The notes under the pieces are model-generated. The model was not told where the DNA came from, made no database searches, and worked only from the letters and a program-made list of their open reading frames with translations. A stretch of 64,000 nt of DNA. It comes from Perna viridis. Its lineage: Eukaryota. The stretch spans positions 12,400,001-12,464,000 of the forward strand of contig CM074511.1 in the NCBI GenBank assembly GCA_037379345.1. Direction: 5' to 3'. The translations under genes and the position numbers were made by a program. Positions 52,886-64,000 of the stretch are shown piece after piece. The number at the start of each line of letters is the position of its first letter. Position 1 is the stretch's first letter.

Positions 52886-55800
52886 AAGTATAATATAGTA
52901 AGAAGAAACTTATTTGAAATGGCAAACCTTCAACCAAACAAAGGTTAAACATTATTGGAAAGTAAAGTACTTAACAATGTTGCACTTCTTAAGTACAGTT
53001 CATTAAATATTTTTGTATGCATTACACAACAATTAATGATAACGTCATTCATCCAAGAAAAAGAATATGTACCTCTGGAACTAATTTGTATGTTCTCATT
53101 CATCAATGTCTTTAGTTCAATTTAAAGCAGCCTCTTTAGTTCTGTGTGGTCTGAAGGATTAAGAGCAACATTAGACATACTTCATATATATACAATTACA
53201 TATAATGTAAACATAAAAATAACAGCTTCTATTGTTTTCTATGATACAGCTTGCATGTGATGCATATTTTTCAATCCAAAATGAAACCTTTTATCATAAA
53301 AAAGATAAAGGGAGGAATCTACACTATGTACTCCAATAAACTGTTTAGAGAACAAATAAATTTCAGATTGATAAAATATATGTTTTCCAATAAAAACAGT
53401 ACTTTTTGTATTCATGAGACAACCTAATATATTTTTTTCTCCTATCAAGATGAAAAGAGTACACCTGTTATCTCTCTCTCAGACAACACAGGTGTTCAAA
53501 TGTACCCTTAATAATTGGTTCCAGGTAATACATAGATTAAAATTGAAACAGTATCTAGTGGTATCATTTTAGAATTTTTGTTTTGTAGGATAAAACATTT
53601 GTTTAAAAATTATCAAGTGAAAACCAAGATTCTTGCAAAATGATTAGGCACTGACCATATTCATACTGAGAGGGAGCCTGGGATTATTTGAGAAAAAAAA
53701 TATTCCAAATTAGATCAACAAAATATCTTTTTACTTAGCCATGGACAGAAAAAAACTAATGATTTAATATTTTCCCCATTACTTAACTCAGATTATCAAT
53801 GAAAATTTTGAACTTTTTAATTGGAACTAAGACTAAATGATAATCAATGTCAATGGACTGTGACTGCCAGTGTATATCCACAGAATGAATACAGAATTGT
53901 GGTAGGGTGATGCTAATGCAAAGATGAGACAGAAACATAATCACAATACAAAAAAGTATTTGAGAGATAGTGACAGAATCTATAACCAATGATGAATGCT
54001 AACAGCAAGTTAATTTGTAGATGTGTCTAATTACCAATGTCAATATCACAGAGTAGATAAAACAGCAATGAAACCTACCAAAATAACCAAGTTTATGTGC
54101 CAATGTATCAGGTACAGAACAGTTAAATCAGTAGGAAATCACTGATAATGAAATTTTCATTGCAATAGAAGTGAAATTTTGATTGTAGTCAAAGATTCTT
54201 AGCAAGGGCAAACAGGTCAAGATGGTCCAAAGTCATCACTTATCAAAATTCTCGAGGTTACTGCTCAGAACTTCTCAAAAGAGAATTATTTCTAATGACA
54301 CCAGTAATGGCCCATCACATAATTTGGAGCAACCAAAATTCCTCCTAAAAACTTTATTGCACTCACTTTTATGTTACTAGTATATTGATCCAAGCAAGCA
54401 TTATTATTGACAAAGGTTTTAATCCTGCAAACAAGATCATTTGGTCAAACTTTACAGGAATACTGAACTTTAAATACCAGTATATCTAGACATTGATATA
54501 AAAATATGTACATGTAAAGCACTAACTGAAATGTCATTGAACTTTCTTAAGGAAATCTTTTCTCCCCTTCTTTAGTTCAAGGAAAAATTTAAAGCTTCAG
54601 AATGGAATTTTTGCATGTTTGTATGATGGCATATTTTACTACTTTAAATAGCCATTCATAATTGGATTATTTATCAGAAAGAATGAATAACCAAAATATG
54701 ATCACAAATGCCGAAGAATGCATAGATTTAACAAGTGTGTTCCAAGCAGAAATTAATCTTCAAGTGTTTTTAGCACGAGTGATTATATTTTGGTGATTCA
54801 TGATAACCAATTGATTGTTGATTTACATACATTTTCTAGATAATTTATTGCTATTTTCAAAATAAATTTTAAATTTTGTGATCAGCAGATTGATATAGGT
54901 GTATGAGAAAGGCAGAGAGTGAAATTTTACACTTTAATCCACAATTATCCAATATTTTTACACAGGGAACATTGGATAAATCACTGCTATCTACATAATA
55001 ATTAGCCATCTTTGTACTGTGTATTTGGATAGTAAATATATTTTTAAAGTTTTGACAAAAGCAAAATGCATAGATCTAAATACTATTCACTAGAAATTAG
55101 TATTCATGTGCACATTTACTGCTGTCATATTTAAGACCAAAATGATATTTTTTTTATTTTTGAAGCATCCAGGAAAATCCTGTGTCACATTGATGTTTCT
55201 ATAATTTATGTTTCATACAAGTTATAGCAATATAATAATTAAAGGTTGGATATTATACTAGCTTCAAATAAAATAAATTATTCTGAATAAAAAAACAGCA
55301 TGATCTCAGGAATTATTTATTACATCAACCTAAGGGTGTTGACACAGCAATAATGCCCTGCTCCACACTTCCTAGATAGAAAGAGAAGAGCAGTTTACAT
55401 CATGATAAATGTGCACATAATGTCATGATAATATAATGAAACTAGATGACATTAATTCCACATTCAAAGTAAGGAGGATATACACACAAATGGGACGTCC
55501 TCATTCAACTTGACATGTTTTCAAAATTTGAAAAATCTGATGAACCAAATACAGTACTTATGTACCCACTTTCCAATAAAGATAGAAACCAGGTCTAATC
55601 AATTTTTACCTTAATATGATGTTAACTAGACATTGTTGTTCTATTATAATTTTTTTTTGAAGATTCAACAGTTTCCTTGATAAGCAAAGATGAAACAAAA
55701 GATGAAATAAGTAAAAAAGTAAAACAAGCAAGAAATATAATCAGATATTGAATCACAAATGAAAAAAACAATAGGGAGCATAAAGAATTTTGTTTCTATA

Positions 55801-57890
55801 TAATTGATAGGATGGACTAGAGGAATTATCATGGTTTCAATTCAAATTCTTTAAAATAAAGTATACTTACTACCTATTTAAGGCACTTTTCATAGCAACA
55901 GTCAGATTTATATCATCTGAGATATACTTCATACATTTACATATGTTGATCTATTACTTTAATATTCTTTGATCTGTTTCGCACATGTTTGGCATTTGCA
56001 CTACATGTTCAAACTTTTTAATTGCATTTAAAATGATAATTAAAAATAAATTAAAATGATAAATATACATTAATGGGAAGTTATTGGGAGGTAAATTCAA
56101 TAATTGCAAAAAATCTAGTAATAAATGTGTCTTGGGATGTAAAGGGATGTAATATGGAAACCATCTATATCATATATCTATATACAATCCTATACAGAAA
56201 ATCATTCAAGTTTTCATTCCAAATAAAAAAATAATAATGTATGAAGAAACTCCTTTTAAATGTCTGTGAAACATGTACCCATGGCAATTCATGCAAAAAA
56301 ATTGAAACCCATGAAAAGAAATGAAAACACAGTTTCTCTTGAGTAACAAACAAATTAGAAACTGGGATGATTTCTCCCTCAAAATGTACCCAACTGTTTT
56401 TTTAATTACTGATGAAGTCGTTTTGACATTATCCTATATTAGTTCTACTTATAGTGTTACATTATTTCCTTTCTTAGCTAAAACAAATCACATGGACCTT
56501 TTGTTCAGGTTTGTCAATAAAGCAGAAGGAGTGTTTGAGATAGCCATCATCAAGATTTTAGGCAATATAGCTAAAGAAGAGTACCAAGATTTTAGAAAAA
56601 AATATTTTGCAATGAATTTGTTCAAGATACAGAACATTTATCTTACTACAGCCATCTACTACAACCAGAATGCTACAAAACTCTTTGTGCAAAATGGCTT
56701 GCATAAATTTTCAAATTCAAAGTGCAATCGTCAACTCAATTTCTATATGTACATGTACCCTTTTATATTTAATCAGATCTATTTGTATTGTTCAAATTGC
56801 ACTGAAAATTTCTAAAGCCTACTTTAGATGAATAGGCTTGTATTTCAGTTTTTGCATTTATATCATGGCAAAATAATTACAGAACACATAAAATAGAGAC
56901 AGACAGACAGACAGTCTGTAGGATTAAATCATTCTGACTTATAGCTCAGAGTTACATAATATCTTAATTTATTTTATGGCCTGTTTCACGATATATAATG
57001 CATCTTGAAAATTTTATCTACAAACTATGTCTATATTTGACTATTAATGGCATTAAAGGTTCCTGAAAAATTACGTTTTGAGTTATCTATATCTCATTTT
57101 ATACATGCATAATTATTATCATCCCACGATCACAAAAAATGTCATTCAGAAAACACATTATTGCAGTTATTATAAAGATATTTATTTTTACAATTCTTAT
57201 CAATCCTTATTTCATTCAAATGGCAGAAATGAAGTGAACCAACAACCACTCCCAATATTAATTTAGAAACAAATGGTACATCACAGGACTATTTCCACTA
57301 AAGTCATACAGGTTTGGTACACAATGGAAATGGCAGCAAAAATATTTCATTTAAAAATTAAAAAAATTAGCCTGTAGAATTACCAATCAGAGCTCCTCAG
57401 TCTTTCAAGTTACACAAAAGAAAAATCGAAAGGCAAAAGAATCTGTCCAGAATTTGACCAATCTGATTCTAAAATAATTGTTTAACTGGTTGAAATTTTT
57501 ACTATTGCTTTTTTTCCTAGCTCCTTGTTTCATGCCAAAATTCTTGACAGAGTTATTGCTCTTAATAACTAGTGATATCTAACAAAATTTTTAGCACCAC
57601 CTAGTGGATAAAACTATTTTGTGTCACATATGACTACAATTCCGGCAATTTTTTCAAGAAAAAATTCTCCTATCTGCATCTAAGGTTAATTTTTAGTGTA
57701 GTGGAAATGGCTGAGTAGTTCAGATTGATAGAATTACGTCATTAGTACTGGAAATTTTGAAAAGGAAATAATCAGAGTAAAACTAGGGTATAGGGTAGTC
57801 TACCAAAATAATACATCTAGTGGATTGAAAGATACAATAAAGCAAAAATATTTTATAAAGCTGGACCTCAACCATCAAGCTAATTTCAAA

Positions 57891-60800
57891 ACACCTCATT
57901 ATGGATCTGAAAAAATAGCTAAGTAAATAAAAATAGAAAAATGGGCTTTAACTGGTTGCTGTAGGTTGTTTACAAAACATCATACAAAGCAAACTTTCTC
58001 AAGGAAAATATCTAATAGTTAGGTATGAACTCTACTATAGAAAAATATTAATTTATTTCCAAATTAAAGGAACCAAGGGACAATGTTCAAGGCATGATTT
58101 CATTGTTTCTTTTATATTATTTTATTGATTTATTTACATGTATTTATTTATATAAAATTTGATGTAGTTTTATACATCAATACAATACTGTCAATAGTCA
58201 AGGATTAACTGTACATGTTTCAAAAAGTAAGGATCTAATTGTTTGTATTTAATAGTACATACTGGACAAATATATTAACAGATCTTCAACTTTTGTCAAA
58301 ATAAAGACTAAAATATAAACAGCAGAGCACAAAAGACTTGAAAAAACCTCACCTGATAAATAAATAATGAAAATGGCTGATGTGTCAATTTCTGGTTATC
58401 TCCCCTTCACCATTCATACTCATCAACTACACCAATGCATTAGGGAATATATACTGTGCATCCAAAATGGTGCACACAAAGTGGGGGGGGGGATGGGGGG
58501 AATAATGTTCAAGTCAATAGAACTGAAAAATGAAATAAAATATTTGCACCATTTACCCCGATGCTGGAAGAAACCAAATCTGGTAAACAGTGTGATTTTT
58601 TTAATGCCTTTGAACTTTTAAAATAGTGATGTTTGTAATTGTCCTCAAATTCGAATTGGAAGACTGAAAAGTGTTTCCTGCTCATACAAGTTATGCTATT
58701 AATCTTAAAGTGGGAGCAAATATCTTGCTTTTAAGGTAAAAATATGCTTAACAAACAACTGCCTTTGACTTTTGACCTCTTCCACAATTCTAGAAAAATT
58801 ACATCAATGAAGTTAATTACACAATATGCCGGAACAAATAAACAGTTCATCAATTAAAATGACAAGATAGTTAGGAAATTCCAATTCCATTTTGACATCT
58901 TAAATCATCTAAGGTGCAGATTATAAATCAACATCTTCTGTCCCCAAAATAAGTTTCCTTCTTTAACAGAAGAATGCTCCCTTGAGAAATAACCTGTCAT
59001 ACTCACTAAAAGGAGGTCACAATGCCATCTATTTTCTAACATTACTGAGTTTGTTATTTGGCATTTTGATTGTCATGACATTAAATTCTGAAAATTGACT
59101 TTTGAATTGAGTTGAGTGTAATCAATGTAAAACTTATATATGGAATATATTTGACATGATGTGATGCTTTGATGCCTTATCTCAAAACATCTTTAATAAT
59201 CTTACTTCTAAAACTTTTGGTCAAGACAATTGACCTGGCCTTGTAAAAGTTTCAGCAGACAAACCTAAAATATATTGCGAATTTAATTTATCATGTATCA
59301 TAACGAATCTTCAATTTTTAAAAATATGATATTGTAGTCTGAGTACCTGACCTTCAACATGAGGAGAAGTGATACTGATGTGCAGTATAGGAGAAGGTAA
59401 AAAGACCATGTATCAATCATACCCTTAGTCAGGGAGTAACAAAGAATACCATATATCATACATATAGTCAGGGAGTAACAAAGAATACCATATATCATAC
59501 ATATAGTCAGGGAGTAACAAACAATACCATATATCATACCTATAGTTAGGGAGTAACAAACAATACCATATATCATACATATAGTCAGGGTGTAACAAAG
59601 AATACCATATATCATACCTATAGTTAGGGTGTAACAAACAATACCATATATCATACATATAGTCAGGGTGTAACAAAGAATACCATATATCATACCTATA
59701 GTCAGGGCTAACAAAGAATACCATATATCATACCTATAGTTAGGGGGTAACAAACAATACCATATATCATACCTATAGTCAGGGGGTAACAAAGAATACC
59801 ATATATCATACATATAGTCAGGGGTAACAAACAATACCATATACCATGCATATAGTCAGGGGGTAACAAAGAATACCATATATCATACCCATAGTCAAGG
59901 AGTAACAAAGAATACCATATATCATACCTATAGTCAGAGGTAACAAAGAATACCATATATCATACCTATAGTCAGGGGTAACAAAGAATACCGTTTATCA
60001 TACCCATAGTCAGGGAGTAACAAAGAATACCATATATCATACCTATAGTCAGAGGTAACAAAGAATACCATATATCATACATATAGTCAGGGAGTAAAAA
60101 ACAATACCATATATCATACCTATAGTCAGGGGTAACAAAGAATACCATTTATCATACCCATAGTCAGGGAGTAACAAACAATACCATATATCATACCTAT
60201 AGTCAGGGGGTAACAAACAATACCATATATCATACCTATAGTTAGGGGGAAACTAAGAATACCATATATCATACCTATAGTCAGGGGTAACAAACAATAC
60301 CATATATCATACATATAGTCAGGGGGTAACAAAGAATACCATATATCATACATAAAGTCAGGGGTAACAAAGAATACCATATACCATACATATAGTCAGG
60401 GGGTAACAAAGAATACCATATATCATACATATAGTCAGGGGGTAACAAACAATACCATAAATCATACCCATAGTCAAGGAGTAACAAAGAATACCATATA
60501 TCATACCTATAGTCAGGGGTAACAAAGAATACCATATATCATACCTATAGTCAGGGGGTAACAAACAATACCACATATCATACATATAATCAGGGGTAAC
60601 AAACAATACCATAAATCATACCCATAGTCAGGGGTAACAAAGAATACCATATATCATACATATAGTCAGGGGTAACAAAGAATACCATATATCATACATA
60701 TAGTCAGGGGTAACAAACAATACCATAAATCATACCCATAGTCAGGGGTAACAAAGAATACCATATATCATACCCATAGTCAGGGGTAACAAAGAATACC

Positions 60801-61339
60801 ATATATCATACATATAGTCAGGGGTAACAAACAATACCATAAATCATACCCATAGTCAGGGGTAACAAACAATACCATAAATCATACCCATAGTCAGGGA
60901 GTAACAAACAATACCATACATCATACCTATAGTCAAGGGGTAACAAAGAATACCATATATCATACATATAGTCAGGGGGTAACAAAGAATACCATATATC
61001 ATACCTATAGTTAGGGTGTAACAAACAATACCATATATCATACCTATAGTTAGGGTGTAACAAACAATACCATAAATCAGACCTATAGTCAGGGAATAAC
61101 AAAGAATACCATAAATCATACCTATAGTTAGGAGGAAACAAAGACACCTGATTATGGATGTGAAAAAAATAGCTAAATAATAAAAATAGAAAAATGGGCT
61201 TTAACTGGTTGATGTAGGTTGTTTTCAAAACATCATACAAAGCAAACTTTGAGTATCATCTCTTCTCAAGGAAAATATCTAATAGTTAGTTATGAACTCT
61301 AGAAAAAGATTAATTTATTTCCAAATTAAAGGAACCAAG
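57891..61339 (+). repeat. Direct repeat of about 190 bp (57891-58077 and 61144-61339)
   Basis: Both copies run acacct.attatggat.tgaaaaaa...ttccaaattaaaggaaccaag with few mismatches or indels. Confidence 0.9.
59405..61135. repeat. 38-39-bp minisatellite, about 45 copies
   Basis: Unit accatatatcatacctatagtcagggagtaacaaagaat; explains the many ORFs at 59298-61240. Confidence 0.95.
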
Positions 61340-61992
61340 AAAATTTCTTCCCAATACCCCCCCTCTAAATAAGTTCTGGCTATGGGCCTATCATATGATA
61401 AAAATATGTCTGTGACCTAATAACATAATGTTTACGTAATAAAAAATCATACCATACAATTCAAGAAATATGCCAAACTTGACTTTATAGCCTCTTAACC
61501 CTACCAGCAACAACGTAACATTTAATGCTTACTGATACAAAATAATGGTATTTTGTTCAATATGAAATTACAAAACACGGATTTTATGTGCTACAGTAAA
61601 CCATTGAACCAATTTACTTCTGTATGACATTAATTTTGAGAATTCAGACAGGAAGAGAAAAGAAGTAAAATATAATAAACTTAATGAATTGTATTCACAT
61701 ATCCACTCAATGGATACTTGAGGTTTTAATTTGCAGTTGTTTAATCAAATCAAAGTGAAATTAATCAAATTGATTGATTATTTTATTTCCTTCTATACAA
61801 TAAAAGGATACTTAAATTAGTTACATTATGTAATTTTCCAATATAAACCTCTAAGAAACAGAAGACAGCTTAAGTTTGTGCTAAATCACATCAAAAGGAG
61901 ACAAACAAATCGAACATTCACCTTAATATTAACATCCAGAATTTCCAAGATTTTCACTAAGAAGTGCCCTTCATCTGCAGTGTGATTTTTGT

Positions 61993-62722
61993 GTGTGCCT
62001 GGTATTGTATGGTCAAAGGATTACATATTTTTGTGAGTGCCTGGTGTTTTGTGGTCCAATGATTTCCAATTTTTTGAGTGCCTGGTGTTGTATGTCCAAG
62101 AATTTCTTCTTATTTTTCAAGTGCCTGGTGTTGTATGGTCTAAGGATTTCCTATTTTTGGTGTGCCTGGTGTTTTTATGGTCAAGGAATTTCCTATTTTT
62201 GGTGTGCTTGGTATTGTATGGTCCAGGAATTTCCAATTTTTTAAGTGCCTGGTGTTGTATGGTCAAAGGATATCCTATTTTTTGGTGTGCCTGGTGTTTT
62301 TATGGTAAGAATTGTTTTATTTTTAGAATGCCTGGTGTTGTATGGTCCAAGAATTTCCTAATTTTTTAGTGTCTGGTGTTATATGATCCAATGATTTCTT
62401 ATTTTGGTGTGCCTGGTGTTTTTATGGTCAAGGAATTTCTTATATTTTGAGTGCCTGGTGTTGTATGGTCCAAGAATTTTCTATTTTTGGTGTGCCTGCT
62501 ATTTTTATGGTCACAGAATTTATTTTTAAAGTGCCTGGTGTTTTTATGGTCAAAGGATTTCTTATTTTGTGAGTGCCCAGTGTTGTATGGTCAAAGGATT
62601 TCCTATTTTTTGGTGTGCCTGGTGTTGTTTGATTCAAGATGTTCCTATTTTTTGAGTGTCTAGTGTTGCAAGGACCAAGGATTTTAATTTTTTTTTGTAC
62701 CTGGTGTTATGGACCAGGGATT
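61993..62722. repeat. Degenerate minisatellite, unit about 41-42 bp
   Basis: Unit gtgcctggtgttgtatggtcaaaggatttcctattttttg. Confidence 0.92.
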
Positions 62723-64000
62723 TCTGTCTTTTTGTACCTTTTTTTACTATTTCTTCTTTTTCCTGTTTAAAAAATGTTTGATGGTTAAGCATTCTAAATA
62801 TCAATTATCATCTATATAAAGGGGACTTTGTTTAAAAAATTCAGTATAAATTGTGAAACTTTAAGTCATCATGGTTTTACGTTGAGACTCAAAAAGGATA
62901 CCAAACAAAGCAATGAAGAATAAAATATTTTCCTCTATGATTAAGAGGGTGTCTGCAAAAACCTGGCAGTGGGTGGCACATGACATTTTTGTTTTCAAAA
63001 ATACTTCATCTATATCATATGGCAAATGCATCCTTCCTCAAGCTGAATGATGGTTTTTGATTAACTGCAATGATTAAAGAGATATAAATTCCATAGAAAG
63101 CATTGAAATTCATGGAAAAAGGGAGGTAACTCTTTCATTTTGTGCAAATTTCAGTTGCTTTCTTAGGAAAATTTAAAATCATTTTCTGAGCCATCTATGT
63201 CAATTAAAAAAAAATATGTACTATTGAACGTGATATAAACATTACATTGGAACAAATAATTCTGTGTAATAAAATTTAACATGCATATGATAGGAACTGC
63301 CTGGTTTCTAAATGGTCAGTCTCTTAAAACACTCTAACAAATACTTTGGTCTATTTTCTTTATTAACCTTTCTAGATGTAAAAAGTAAAAAAAACATACC
63401 CACAACATATCTACAATAAGTTTTTTCTAAATCTCATAATAAATTAAAGGAATCAATAGAATTATTACTTTGACATTTTAATTTGATTCACGATGCAGTG
63501 GAGAGTGGATGACTAACTGACAAAAACAGAAAGAATGAAAATTGAAAAAAAATTAAAGTAAGGGCAGAAGTTAAACCAGACAAGCAGTTACTCAAATATA
63601 CTGTACATGGATGATTGATAAATTGATGGCACTCATGAATTAGCAATCAGTTACTGTCTAAGCAGTGTGGCCCATATTAGGTCCAAGGAAGGTATGTGAA
63701 TACATGGAATGGGAAGAAACTACTGATTTAATTATAAACATAGGACAATAGAGGCTGTATATAGTTAGTAGTTATATTTTCACAACATGTTTGATATTAA
63801 ATACCATATAAACTTCAGACACTGCCTATGTTTACTGAAATCAGCTATAAATAACATTCAATACTATTTAAGGGTATTTTATGGTATCAATGAATGCTTG
63901 AATTTAAAGTGGATTGTCATTTGCAAGTCAGCCAACATAAACACAAGATGTGGATGTTCATAGGCACTCTTTCTGTTGGAAGCTGATTATAATAGAAAAC

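Noticed and set aside
59298-62663. Many overlapping ORFs (PDYMYDIWYSLL-type, CLVLYG-type)
   Set aside because: They are translations of minisatellites with variable unit length that cause frequent frameshifts.
44396-64000. Further upstream MON2 coding exons
   Set aside because: I looked by eye for the expected preceding peptide (AVAKLLETGL...W(R/K)P-like) and did not find it; it is presumed to lie beyond the window, though a manual scan could miss it.

Overview
AT-rich eukaryotic genomic DNA, not prokaryotic. The repeat types suggest an invertebrate, probably a bivalve mollusc (inference). The main feature is the 3' half of a MON2 homolog on the minus strand. I traced 15 GT-AG exons by hand from 44395 down to the TGA at 5555; they splice into one 2604-nt frame (867 aa + stop). 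The upstream exons lie beyond the window, behind an intron of more than 19 kb. A complete CES-2/Giant-like PAR-family bZIP gene (single coding exon, 30114-30914, + strand) sits antisense inside a 20.2-kb MON2 intron, with a cluster of PAR/D-box-type motifs upstream. The rest is intronic or intergenic: nested Helentron-type non-autonomous elements, a SINE-like insertion with a 16-bp TSD, a MITE-like element with tRNA-like arms, a dispersed repeat family and about ten minisatellites. Notable structures are two MON2 exons each bracketed by inverted repeats, decayed copies of one exon's 3' end, and a satellite with higher-order organisation. Most short ORFs in the supplied track are chance ORFs, repeat artefacts or exon read-throughs. 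All homology calls come from motif recognition, not database searches.
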